A stretch of 33,334 nt of DNA from Verrucomicrobia bacterium UBA673 (GCA_002299785.1 DBNL01000016.1:1-33334); one strand, 5' to 3'; numbered from the stretch's first letter, positions 9,620 to 19,119 are shown. The notes: a model not told the origin generated them from the letters alone. Numbers and translations: made by a program.

Positions 9620-10147
9620 TCAGGTGATAACCGCCTCTCTCGCTCGGGCTGGCTTGGTATCCTTGATGTGAGGCTCGTTTGAGATTTTGGACTGAAGCCG
9701 CATGAATCCCTCAAGCAACGCCTCCGGCCGAGGCGGACAGCCACTGATGTAAACATCGACTGGCAAAATTCGATCCACCCCCTGCAACACAGCGTAGCTA
9801 CGGTACATTCCGCCGGTCGAGGCGCACGCGCCCATCGCGATTACCCACTTCGGCTCCGGCATCTGATCGTAAATCCGCTTCACGGCCAGCGCCATTTTGT
9901 AAGTGACTGTCCCGGCTACAATCATCAGGTCGGATTGCCGGGGCGAAAACCGCATCACCTCAGCGCCGAACCGGGAGATGTCGAACCGGCTAGCCCCCGC
10001 TGCCATCAACTCAATCGCGCAACAGGCCAAGCCCATCGGCATCGGCCAAAGCGAGTTTTTGCGGAACCAACTGACAGCGGCGTCTAGACGGGTATGAATC
10101 ACATCCCCTTCAACCTTGGAATTATAGCCTATTTCAGTACCTCTCAT
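9620..10147 (-). CDS. nuoB: NADH-quinone oxidoreductase subunit B
   Basis: Motifs [35 protein letters not shown] and GCPPRPEA. Confidence 0.98.
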   Translation of the reverse strand: MRGTEIGYNSKVEGDVIHTRLDAAVSWFRKNSLWPMPMGLACCAIELMAAGASRFDISRFGAEVMRFSPRQSDLMIVAGTVTYKMALAVKRIYDQMPEPKWVIAMGACASTGGMYRSYAVLQGVDRILPVDVYISGCPPRPEALLEGFMRLQSKISNEPHIKDTKPARAREAVIT

Positions 10148-10171
10148 AATGGCTTTATAACGCCTAGGGCA

Positions 10172-10200
10172 AATCTACATCCGCCAGTTGCGACCGTCAA
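10172..10200 (-). promoter_or_regulatory. Putative sigma70 promoter of nuo cluster 1
   Basis: The minus strand reads TTGACG-N17-TAGATT, ending about 25 nt upstream of the nuoB ATG. Confidence 0.7.
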
Positions 10201-10206
10201 AATGAA

Positions 10207-10226
10207 TTTGTGAAAAATTTCACAAA
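10207..10226. promoter_or_regulatory. Palindromic operator, Rex-box/CRP-box like
   Basis: TTTGTGAA-AAAT-TTCACAAA. It matches the Rex consensus TTGTGAA-N4-TTCACAA exactly, also fits the CRP core TGTGA-N6-TCACA, and lies 6 bp upstream of the -35 box. Confidence 0.75.
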
Positions 10227-10286
10227 GTCGCATTACATCAATTCGATAGGGAGCATATCCAATGTCGACTGCTATTAGGCAAGCGG

Positions 10287-13200
10287 TCAACGATTCAAGC
10301 GAATTCGAAAAAAACGGGCTTTTTCGTTGGGTCGAGGCGTTGGCTTAAACTCAATGCTATCCCCATTTCCACTAATGACTTGAAGCTGAACCCAGTCGCT
10401 TAAGTTTGTTGAGGTCTCGACAATATATTTTTTTTGAATTTTAGAGTCTAAAAATATCGTAAATGGACTAACTTTAACGTTCAAGCTTATAATATCATTC
10501 GTATTATTGCTTAATTCTTCTTTTAACGTTACCCGCGCACCAGGGAACATGTGTGCTTTACCGAAAAGCGCGAAACTTAAGTCTGAGCTTGTGCGACTGG
10601 CTTGGTGGACTTCTGCCGCGACAACGTTTTTTCCGTTCGTCAAACTGCCACCGGCCACTTCAAAAGTGGCGTAGGCGCTTTCATCCACGATCGTGCTTGT
10701 CGCGTAAGTCGTATGTCGGGCAGTTTGCAAAAGGTTGCTGTCCCGATAAACTTGCTCTCCATTCACATAAACTGCCGCCGCATCGTCTCGGAGCAATTTA
10801 AAGGTCATCTTCTCGATCAACTCGACTGCGTCCACCTCAAAGGTCTGCCGAAAATAGACCGTGGCGCGTTTTCTATTGGGGTTGGTGCCATAACTGACAA
10901 TAGTGGCCTCGTTCCCATTTCCATAACCAAAAAGGCCCGGGCCTGATAACCAAGCGCTGTCATCGAAACTCAGTTTGGTCCAGTTGCGGTTGGGTGCGGT
11001 GGATCCATCGTAATATCTCCAGTCACCTCCGACCGAAACGAGTATTTGCTCTTGCGCCGCCACAACCTTGAGCAAGCGATAGAGAAATCTATCAGTGCCC
11101 GTGAACGTCTTGTTTGGGGTATAATCAAAAGTGCCGTCAGACCTGAAGGCCAGCTTGCCGTGCTGCGGCTTTGCCAACAGTTGCACCTCGGTCACTGGCA
11201 ACACTCCGACGTCGTTGGCTAGCACGCCCTCTTCACGTTTGGCTAAACTTAGTGTTCTACCCGGCGCTACGGCAAACTGATCCGCTCGTGCCACCAACAT
11301 GCCCTGGGGCAGTGTTGATGTTTTTTGTGTGTCCACCGACCAAGCTGTGCCGATTTTATTCTTTGCGAGCAGTCGATAGTACAAAGTGGAGTCAACTGCC
11401 AAGCCATCAACCAAATGGCGCAGTTGACCATCGCCATCGGGTGTGACCTGTGTGGAGTGATCCCACTTGGTGACATCCGGGCCACCGTCGGTTTTACCCC
11501 AGACAAAAAAAGCTTTCGTGCCCGGTTGACTATGAGCCAGGTGGCCAGCGAGGGTGAGCGACTCAGTCGTGCGCTCAACCGGTGGCGCGCAAACGATTTC
11601 CGGCAAAAGCGATTTGCCACGATCGGTTGAGACCACCTCGGCAATGATCAGCATGTCGGAGCTGGTCAGGCCACCATTGAGCCCGTGAATGGCGAGGACA
11701 TTTTTACCGGGGAGCAACTGATCCCTGTGCACAGTGATGTCAAATAACTCGAACTGCTTAGCCAGCGTGTCGTTGTGCGTTGTTGTTGCGCCGGAGTTCC
11801 ATTGTGTTGTTGGCGGCGCGTTTGCGGATGCCACCCGCTTGCCGTTGAGATAAGCGACAAAACCGTCATCGTATTTCATGCGCAACTTGAGGTCATCGAT
11901 CACCCCTGGATCATTAACATTGAAGGCATAGCGCAAGTAAAGCGACTCGGTTTTGTTATACATTTGCGTACTGAAATTCAGTGCTGAACTGATAAGTGAC
12001 TCGTAGCCGCTACGGCGCTCGTAACCGGCTCCTTTTAGGCCTCGTTTCCAAGTCGCATCGTTGAAGTCTATTGTAGTCCACGAGTCATCGTGACGGCCGT
12101 TGGTCGGCACCCACCCGCGCACGTAATCGCCCGAACCCACCATTATGTCACTCGTGCCGGTCACGATTACTTGAACTGTCCCAATTGCACGTTGGCCAAG
12201 CGCGTCCTCGATCGTGTACTCAATCAAGCCGGCGCCGTTGGCCGAGTTTTTGACCTTGAACGTCAGTAATCCGTTCGGTTCGTTTCGGCGCCGTCCGTCG
12301 CGCATCACCGGCGAGCGGTGAACGAACAGACTTCCCAAGTTAGTGGCTTTCGAGCGCACACTAAATAGCCGAAAGCCACCTGGAAAATAGTCCTGCCCTT
12401 CGCTCCCTTCGCCGTTTGTTCCGACTGCGATGACCGGCTCGGTCTTGAACGCGCCGCGCAACCCCGCGGCGTGGTCGTTGGTGAGCGGATTAAAACTCAC
12501 CGAATCACCAGCGGAGAGGTACAGTACATCCGGCTCGGCGACCGGCGGCTCGTTGATGTAATTCAGCTTGAGGGTCTGCCGTTTCCCACCGGCGCGATAC
12601 TGGATTTTTTCGCTGCCCGTGGCGTCGGCGCTGACGCGCAAAACATACACCGATGAACTGCTGATCGTCTCGTGCAGAAGCGACTGTTTGGGGGAGCGAA
12701 CCTGGCTGATGCTGCCATCGCCGGGAAGCTTTAGCGTGCGCGACTGTCCGGCAGCTACGTCCATCTCGAACGCATTGCCCTCAGGGTCGCCGACAACCAC
12801 AGCGACGTCGCCCTTGTGCAGCCAGCCGCGTCCGGCGTCGCCTTGCATCGAGTAGCTGAACCAGGCTGTTCCCTCGAAGCCATCCGATGGAGTGAACACC
12901 GCCCTGCCAGCCTCGGTGGCGACCGACCCAGCATAGCGCGGCGTAACCTGCCCGACTTCGGCCAGTGAAAGGCTGTTTTGCTGTCCACGATAAACCTGAT
13001 TGAGGTCATTGGCCAACACGTCGTAATGGATTCGCTCCCCCGGCGCTGCCCACGCAACGTCGTCCACGGCGAACGGCATCTCGGCCGGGTTTCGCATTGC
13101 GGCCGGCCCGGAGAGGAGGCCGCTAGAGCGACCATAAATTTGTGATGCCGCAGTAAACTCCTGCCCCTCAATATCATTGAAGAAAGACCGCAACTTGGTT

Positions 13201-14396
13201 GAATACTGCGGGTTCATGATTCCTCCTATCGAGTGTCCCGACCCGAAAATATGTCCCACCTCGTGGGAGGTGAGCGCCCAGCCGAAACCAGCCTGCATCA
13301 CGCTCACGCCGTTTCTTGTGTGAAGTCCGTTTTGAAATGCGATGCCGAGTATCCCTCCGCTCAATCCGTCGCCAAAACGGATCGAAGCCGTCTGGCCGTA
13401 GGTGGACTCGGGGCGCCAACGCTGCGTCCAAGTCGCAAAATCATCCAGCGTGTCACCGTTGCTGTCGAACGGAATGTCGTCATAGTCGCCCGAGTCCGGT
13501 GTGAGGATCAGTTCCTGCACCAGTAACCGCACGCCTAGTTGGTTCTCGTAAATCGCCGCGACGTTGGCCATCAGCGCGAGGTACCTGCTGGTGACCTCGG
13601 TGAGATGATTTTTTGAGTTCAAGCCGGTCGCCGATTTGTCGAGCGCGACGATAACCGTGGCCACCTTGAGCGACGCCTCGTAGAGCGGCGGGCTGGCGGG
13701 GCTTCCGAGCACCAGCGTCGGTGCGCCGTTCACCGGGTTTACCCCCGAGCTAGCCATCGCCGGAAAATCCTCCGTCGGCTTAAACTTGGCCGGCTCGGCT
13801 TGGCTCCAGTCCGGCTTGGCCAGGTCGCCGTCGAGGGACATCGTCCGGTACGAGCCGGTCCGCGGATCGCGAACACACGCCAACTCCGAATGCAAAATCG
13901 TAAGCGACTCGAACAATCCGCCATCGACGCCGCGCAATTGCACTTGGACTCCGTTGGCCAAGCGCACGACACCGGCAGCGGAGCGGTCGGCCAAGGCAAG
14001 TGTTGCCGTATGCACCTGGCCGGCGGCGATGGCTCGACCCTCGAAGACTCGCAGCCTGACGTCGTGCCGGTCCGCTTTGCCAAGCGTCGTGCAGTAGCCG
14101 TCAGCGAGCAGCGGAAAATCGCGGAACAAAAAGTCTAGCGGCTCGCGCCCGGGCAACTGAAGCCGCAACGGCTGGCCGCCATCGATCGCCTGGGCCAATG
14201 TGGATTCGCCCTCATCCTCGCGCTTCTCCTTCGTCACCGAAAAAACTAGGGAAGGAACTTGAGTGCGACTGACCGCTTCCTCTTGCCCTGGTGGTGAAAC
14301 AACATTGGCTAAATCCCATTCGCCGTGGTTCACAAAACCACTCACCGCCAACCCGGCAGCAAGCAGGACAACCCCATTTTTTGTTGTTTGCTTCAT
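10287..14396 (-). CDS. Large secreted metzincin (M12/reprolysin-like) zinc metalloprotease with Ig-like (Big_9/cadherin-like) repeats, two jelly-roll domains and a short C-terminal domain
   Basis: N-terminal signal-like segment. HEVGHIFGSGH (HExxHxxGxxH, 13233-13265) is followed by a Met-turn (GGIMNP). AxxD...VLAND...YTP repeats; two YDDG/RDDA..V.LNG...GKNV.A...SSD domains; C-terminal YIVETSTNLSDW...FFRIR. Confidence 0.8.
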   Translation of the reverse strand: MKQTTKNGVVLLAAGLAVSGFVNHGEWDLANVVSPPGQEEAVSRTQVPSLVFSVTKEKREDEGESTLAQAIDGGQPLRLQLPGREPLDFLFRDFPLLADGYCTTLGKADRHDVRLRVFEGRAIAAGQVHTATLALADRSAAGVVRLANGVQVQLRGVDGGLFESLTILHSELACVRDPRTGSYRTMSLDGDLAKPDWSQAEPAKFKPTEDFPAMASSGVNPVNGAPTLVLGSPASPPLYEASLKVATVIVALDKSATGLNSKNHLTEVTSRYLALMANVAAIYENQLGVRLLVQELILTPDSGDYDDIPFDSNGDTLDDFATWTQRWRPESTYGQTASIRFGDGLSGGILGIAFQNGLHTRNGVSVMQAGFGWALTSHEVGHIFGSGHSIGGIMNPQYSTKLRSFFNDIEGQEFTAASQIYGRSSGLLSGPAAMRNPAEMPFAVDDVAWAAPGERIHYDVLANDLNQVYRGQQNSLSLAEVGQVTPRYAGSVATEAGRAVFTPSDGFEGTAWFSYSMQGDAGRGWLHKGDVAVVVGDPEGNAFEMDVAAGQSRTLKLPGDGSISQVRSPKQSLLHETISSSSVYVLRVSADATGSEKIQYRAGGKRQTLKLNYINEPPVAEPDVLYLSAGDSVSFNPLTNDHAAGLRGAFKTEPVIAVGTNGEGSEGQDYFPGGFRLFSVRSKATNLGSLFVHRSPVMRDGRRRNEPNGLLTFKVKNSANGAGLIEYTIEDALGQRAIGTVQVIVTGTSDIMVGSGDYVRGWVPTNGRHDDSWTTIDFNDATWKRGLKGAGYERRSGYESLISSALNFSTQMYNKTESLYLRYAFNVNDPGVIDDLKLRMKYDDGFVAYLNGKRVASANAPPTTQWNSGATTTHNDTLAKQFELFDITVHRDQLLPGKNVLAIHGLNGGLTSSDMLIIAEVVSTDRGKSLLPEIVCAPPVERTTESLTLAGHLAHSQPGTKAFFVWGKTDGGPDVTKWDHSTQVTPDGDGQLRHLVDGLAVDSTLYYRLLAKNKIGTAWSVDTQKTSTLPQGMLVARADQFAVAPGRTLSLAKREEGVLANDVGVLPVTEVQLLAKPQHGKLAFRSDGTFDYTPNKTFTGTDRFLYRLLKVVAAQEQILVSVGGDWRYYDGSTAPNRNWTKLSFDDSAWLSGPGLFGYGNGNEATIVSYGTNPNRKRATVYFRQTFEVDAVELIEKMTFKLLRDDAAAVYVNGEQVYRDSNLLQTARHTTYATSTIVDESAYATFEVAGGSLTNGKNVVAAEVHQASRTSSDLSFALFGKAHMFPGARVTLKEELSNNTNDIISLNVKVSPFTIFLDSKIQKKYIVETSTNLSDWVQLQVISGNGDSIEFKPTPRPNEKARFFRIRLNR

Positions 14397-16639
14397 TTTC
14401 GTCTACGCTTTGCTTTGGGGTGCTTTTGCGTGTCTTTGCGCTTGTGGGGGGTGTTCTGATTGGTCGTCCTTCTGGGCTTGCGCGAAAGGCTCGTGGGTTT
14501 CTTTTTGCGCTTGGTCCCCTTGGTTTTGATGACGCGAAAGTCGGCCTGTTTTTTTTGAATGTCCACGGCCTCGATCTGCACTTTCAGTTGGTCGCCTGGC
14601 GCGACTTCGTTGCCGCGTTGCCTCCCAACGAGCCGACCGCGCTCCGGCACAAAACGATAATGATCGTCACTCAGGCTGAAGCGCTTGACCAGGGCCTTGA
14701 GCCCCAACTCGGTTATGTCCACCATCGCGCCGATGTTGCGCACATCGGTGACCATAGCCGTGTAAGTCTCCGGCTTTTGGGTGTCAAGCTGCCGCTGAAG
14801 ATGCGTCATCAGCTTGATGTGTTTGCTATCCATTTCGGCGTCGGCGGAGTTGCGCTCAGTGAGCGAAATGTGGTCGGCCGCCGTGGCGAGCGCGGCGTCA
14901 TCAAGCTTGGCGTGCTGGTAAACAATTCGGTGCACGATCAGGTCGGCGTACCGGCGAATCGGCGAGGTGAAGTGAGCATAGTCGTCCTTGGCCAGGCCGT
15001 AGTGACCGATCGACTCCGTCGAGTAGCAAGCGCGTTTCATGCAGCGCAGGTAGCCGATCCGGAAAACGTCCGCAAGCAGGTGGCCCTTGAGGCCCGCGAG
15101 AAATTTACCGGCCTGTTTTTGGTCAGCCAGATTCCCGGCGCGCAGCCCCATCAACGTAGCCCGCGCCCGGAGCTCGTCGAGCTTCTCGATGTCCGGCTTG
15201 TCGTGGACACGATGGATCGCCTTGACGCGTCGCCGCTTGATTTCCTTCGCGACAGCTTCATTGGCCAGCAGCATGAATTCCTCGATCAACTGATGCGACA
15301 CATCATTCTCTACCCGACGCACTTCGCTCAGTCGACCCTTAGCATCGAGCAGCACCTTATGCTCCGGCACGTCGAGATCCAGCGCGCCCGCCCGGAAGCG
15401 GGCCTGCCGTAGTTTTTGCGCGAGGCGATGGGCGTCGTGCAACATAAGCTCGATGTCGCCAGTCGGTTTGCGACTGAGGATCTCCATCGCCTCCTCATAT
15501 GAAAAACGGCGTTTCGAGCAGATAACCGTCGAGTGAAACTTCGCCTGCTCGACCTGCCCATTTCCGCTCAGTACAAACTCCACGCTGCGGGCCAGCCGAT
15601 CAACCCCCTGCTTGAGCGAGCACAGCTCGTTGCTCAGTTCTTCAGGAAGCATCGGGATGACACGGTCAATGAGATACGTCGAGTTGCCGCGCTGCCGCGC
15701 TTCCTTGTCGAGCGCGCTCTTGGGGGTGACGTAGTGCGACACGTCGGCGATGTGCACCCACAACCGCCAGCGCCGCCCCTTGATGCGCTCCAGCGAAATG
15801 GCATCGTCGAAGTCACGCGCATCGACCGGGTCAATCGTCACAACATTGTGCTCGCGGCAATCCCGGCGGCCTTTACGGTCGGCCTCCGTCACTTTCGCGC
15901 CCAAGCGCCGCGCCTCAGCCTTGACCTTGCCCGGGAAACGCGTCGGCAACTCGTACTGCCGGATAACCGACTCAACATCGACGCCCGGCGCGCTTGGGCT
16001 GCCGATCACCTCAAGCAGTTTGCCTTCCGGCGCGTTGTGACGCGACGGCCACTCGGTGATCTCGACCACCACCCTGTCGCCGCGCCGCGCCTTGGGCTTG
16101 GCCGCTTGGCCAAATTTGGGCAGATAAATGTCGTGCGTGATGCGAGGGTCGCTCGGCACAACGTACCAAAGCTGCCGCGACTTCTCCAGCGTGCCAACCA
16201 CCTGAGTGCGGGCGCGCTCGAGCACATCCACCACCCGGCCGCTTGGCCCCGCCGGCGCGCGCCGGCCACGGGCCTGTCGGCGCCCGGTCGCTGCCGGGCG
16301 ATCAACCAACACCAATACTCTGTCGTTGTGCATCGCGGTGCGCGCTGCGTTGGGCGCGATGTCTATCGAGGGCTGCGTTGCGTCAGTTGTCACGACTCGT
16401 CCGCCGCCGCGGCGGTTCATCAGAATTCGCCCCGCGACTAAGTCCTCGTCTCCCGGCAAAGCGAAACACTTGTCGGGCAACCGGACCACCCGGCCCAAGC
16501 GCACGAGGTTGCGTAATTCAGCCCGCACTTCCTTAGCTTCCGTTTGACCAAGTTCGAGTTTTGCGGTGATCTCATCCGCCCCTGATGGGACGTAATGTTT
16601 GCGCCCTAAAAGACGCAGAAGTCGATTTTCAAGATTCAT
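14393..16639 (-). CDS. rnr: Ribonuclease R (RNB family exoribonuclease)
   Basis: Catalytic motif TIDPVDARDFDDAIS, SHQLIEEFMLLANE, HFTSPIRRYADLIVHR, a C-terminal S1-like domain and a K/R-rich tail. Start placed at ATG 16639 (MNLENR). Confidence 0.93.
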   Translation of the reverse strand: MNLENRLLRLLGRKHYVPSGADEITAKLELGQTEAKEVRAELRNLVRLGRVVRLPDKCFALPGDEDLVAGRILMNRRGGGRVVTTDATQPSIDIAPNAARTAMHNDRVLVLVDRPAATGRRQARGRRAPAGPSGRVVDVLERARTQVVGTLEKSRQLWYVVPSDPRITHDIYLPKFGQAAKPKARRGDRVVVEITEWPSRHNAPEGKLLEVIGSPSAPGVDVESVIRQYELPTRFPGKVKAEARRLGAKVTEADRKGRRDCREHNVVTIDPVDARDFDDAISLERIKGRRWRLWVHIADVSHYVTPKSALDKEARQRGNSTYLIDRVIPMLPEELSNELCSLKQGVDRLARSVEFVLSGNGQVEQAKFHSTVICSKRRFSYEEAMEILSRKPTGDIELMLHDAHRLAQKLRQARFRAGALDLDVPEHKVLLDAKGRLSEVRRVENDVSHQLIEEFMLLANEAVAKEIKRRRVKAIHRVHDKPDIEKLDELRARATLMGLRAGNLADQKQAGKFLAGLKGHLLADVFRIGYLRCMKRACYSTESIGHYGLAKDDYAHFTSPIRRYADLIVHRIVYQHAKLDDAALATAADHISLTERNSADAEMDSKHIKLMTHLQRQLDTQKPETYTAMVTDVRNIGAMVDITELGLKALVKRFSLSDDHYRFVPERGRLVGRQRGNEVAPGDQLKVQIEAVDIQKKQADFRVIKTKGTKRKKKPTSLSRKPRRTTNQNTPHKRKDTQKHPKAKRRRK

Positions 16640-16686
16640 TATGAGATAGGCGGCTCCATAGCCGGGCAAACCACCAGCTCGCTTCC

Positions 16687-16702
16687 AGCAATTTTATTGC
16701 CA
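16687..16702 (-). promoter_or_regulatory. Putative sigma54 (-24/-12) promoter facing rnr
   Basis: The minus strand reads TGGCAATAAAATTGCT (GG-N10-GC; consensus TGGCAC-N5-TTGCW), about 48 nt upstream of the rnr ATG. Confidence 0.5.
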
Positions 16703-16992
16703 CCGGCACGCTTGTATCCCGCAGCGTACCCCCCCACAACGTTAACATTCCTAAAACTAAGGACAACTTTAGGTTAGAATTGCCAAATAAAAGTAGATAT
16801 TCAAAAAGAGATCACGGAAAAAATAACCAACTTTTTTAGTTTATCCATGCCCCAAGACTCCTTTGAATGTTATGAAGATTAAAAAATCAAAGGGAGGGAT
16901 TTATGCGTGAAAAACACGCGCTTAGAGTGAGAATCACACTTTTCGGTATCGTTTCACAGCGTGAAGTTAACTATATTAGCATTAAAAAATAA

Positions 16993-17008
16993 TGGCATTT
17001 AATGTGCT
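16993..17008 (+). promoter_or_regulatory. Putative sigma54 (-24/-12) promoter facing prepilin gene 1
   Basis: TGGCATTTAATGTGCT (GG-N10-GC) in AT-rich DNA, 117 nt before the ATG. A TTGACA at 17029-17034 with only a weak -10 is an alternative promoter. Confidence 0.45.
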
Positions 17009-17125
17009 ATTTTTTTTTAAGTTTGGCGTTGACAACGGTTCGACAGGACACGAAGCTTCGCCTCCGTTTTACCAAAAAGGTGAAGTGTTAACTATTAACT
17101 AAACATAAAAACCGAGAACCGCATC

Positions 17126-17887
17126 ATGAAGCGTTATCAAAAAAACAAAGTCGGGGCCTTCACGCTCATTGAGCTGTTGGTCGTTATCGCAATCATCGCT
17201 ATTTTGGCTGGTATGCTCCTGCCTGCATTGGCGAAGGCAAAGGCAAAGGCACAGCGCATCGCTTGTGTAAACAACCTCAAGCAGGTTGGTATCGCCACTC
17301 GCATCTACGCGACGGATAACCAGGATCGGTTCCCGTGGCAGGTGTCAGAGGTGGAAGGTGGTTCCGCCGAATACTTGGCGAAGGCAAAAGCTTTAGAAGG
17401 CTGCAGACACTGGCAGGCACTCTCTAACGAGTTGAGCAACCCTAAAGTAGTGAGGTCTCCACGTGATGGCAACCGAACTCAAGCCAACGGCTTTATGAAT
17501 GGCAAGCCTCGCGGTGCTGCCGGCAAAAATGTTGTCCCGTTTTGCGAAGGAACATCAAAAAAACATACTAAAGGCACTTTAAGCTACAGCTACTTCCTTG
17601 GTAAGGGTGCCGACGAGTCCAAGCCAAACAACATATTGGCAGGTACCCGTAACGTCATGTTTGGCAAGTACAACAACGACGACGACAAAAAGGCAGCTCA
17701 CATCATATTCAAGAAAAAGTTTACTGCCAAAAAGACACCTATGTGGACTGAGAGCATGCATGAGAACCAAGGAAACCTCCTTTTGTCAGACTCATCCGTG
17801 CAGCAAGCCAGTTCTTCAAAACTCGCTCAATACATGATCGACTCGAGCGACAATGACAACGAGTTGATGTTCCCGAGCGGGAAGTAA
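17126..17887 (+). CDS. Prepilin-type N-terminal cleavage/methylation domain protein (pseudopilin-like, PVC-type)
   Basis: Basic leader, then GA|[27 protein letters not shown]....CVNNLKQ. The C-terminal H-X9-DS ([12 protein letters not shown]) is a variant of the H-X9-DG motif. Confidence 0.92.
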   Translation: MKRYQKNKVGAFTLIELLVVIAIIAILAGMLLPALAKAKAKAQRIACVNNLKQVGIATRIYATDNQDRFPWQVSEVEGGSAEYLAKAKALEGCRHWQALSNELSNPKVVRSPRDGNRTQANGFMNGKPRGAAGKNVVPFCEGTSKKHTKGTLSYSYFLGKGADESKPNNILAGTRNVMFGKYNNDDDKKAAHIIFKKKFTAKKTPMWTESMHENQGNLLLSDSSVQQASSSKLAQYMIDSSDNDNELMFPSGK

Positions 17888-17906
17888 TTCATACAATCAT
17901 TCTTAC

Positions 17907-17939
17907 AAAGACCCTCCCAAACGGGAGGGTCTTTTTTTT
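17907..17939 (+). terminator. Rho-independent terminator
   Basis: AAAGACCCTCCC-AAAC-GGGAGGGTCTTT plus a T-run, about 20 nt after the stop. Confidence 0.92.
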
Positions 17940-18082
17940 GCAGTTTAGAGTACGGGGATTCCACTTTTGAGGAAAAGAAGACGCTGGTGACAGTGGCTTA
18001 AAATGAAAGAGAAACTCTTGAAATCTGTGTCTGACCTAATCCCCCCCTTGGCCAAACAAAAAAATTACTCGAATATTATTAT

Positions 18083-18112
18083 TTGACTTAAAAGGCGAGG
18101 CAGCTCTAATAT
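18083..18112 (+). promoter_or_regulatory. Putative sigma70 promoter of prepilin gene 2
   Basis: TTGACT-N18-TAATAT with an AT-rich, UP-like upstream stretch. Confidence 0.5.
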
Positions 18113-18170
18113 TCCTTCACGTCTTTTAAATGTTCCAATATCGCGCGACCCATCTAAATAATTTTAACTC

Positions 18171-19100
18171 ATGAAGAATACACCTATTCGTAAAACACTG
18201 GGAACCAAAGTTATACTTGGCTTTACTCTGATCGAATTGCTGGTAGTGATAGCTATCATAGCCATTCTCGCCGGGCTGCTGCTACCGGCTCTGTCCCGAG
18301 CCAAAGACAAGGCCCACAACTCCATTGACTGGAATAACAACAAGCAAATCATGCTGGCGTTAAATATGTTCACCGGCGACAATGAGGAGTACATGCCCCA
18401 TCCAACTTGGGGTGGTAATGGAAGTGGCCCCACAGGATGGGCCTATGCTGGTTCGGCAGCAGAAAAATCCACAAAATTCCCCGCTGGCAAAAAATGTGAT
18501 GTGCCCTCTCACAACTGGACAGGCACAACAGCCATGACAGCGTATCAAGGAAACCCCGGCATAAAGGGTTTAGCGAAACAGATGGCTGGTCAGTACGAAT
18601 CATTCAAGCATGGCCAACTGGGTAATTATCTGGGGAACAATCCCCAAGTGTTGATGTGCCCAAAGGATAAAGCTACCTCCACCGGTACCAACAGTAAGCT
18701 TTTTCTTCAACGCCCAATCAAGTTGACCAGCTACACATGGAACGGGAATATCATTTTCTTTCACAACAATCCCAGCCCTGCAACTGGCTCATACGACGCC
18801 TCAAAGGTTCGCAAGATTTCAGCCACGAATCCAGGCGACATCGTCCAGTGGGAGACTGATGACACAACTCCTTTTTGGTTCAACGATGCTGGTAATCAGC
18901 CGCATGAGGGTATCTCCCAGCGACACAAGACCGGTGGTTCAAATAAAAATAACCGAACGGATGTTGGAGGTGCAGCCACAGTGGGTATCGTCTCCGGTGC
19001 CTCTGTTAACCTGACATACAAGAAATTTTACGAGATGGCCCAAGAATCGGGTCGTCCAGCCGCCCCAAACGACATATGGTGGGGCAGCTCAAGCCGTTAA
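18171..19100 (+). CDS. Prepilin-type N-terminal cleavage/methylation domain protein
   Basis: LG|[28 protein letters not shown]...NNNKQI; internal LMCPKD and SYTWN motifs typical of the family. Confidence 0.92.
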   Translation: MKNTPIRKTLGTKVILGFTLIELLVVIAIIAILAGLLLPALSRAKDKAHNSIDWNNNKQIMLALNMFTGDNEEYMPHPTWGGNGSGPTGWAYAGSAAEKSTKFPAGKKCDVPSHNWTGTTAMTAYQGNPGIKGLAKQMAGQYESFKHGQLGNYLGNNPQVLMCPKDKATSTGTNSKLFLQRPIKLTSYTWNGNIIFFHNNPSPATGSYDASKVRKISATNPGDIVQWETDDTTPFWFNDAGNQPHEGISQRHKTGGSNKNNRTDVGGAATVGIVSGASVNLTYKKFYEMAQESGRPAAPNDIWWGSSSR

Positions 19101-19119
19101 GCCCAGCAAGCTATTTCAC

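Noticed and set aside
14291-16441. Long plus-strand ORFs (373 aa and 302 aa)
   Set aside because: They are antisense shadows of rnr in GC-rich DNA and carry no recognisable motifs.
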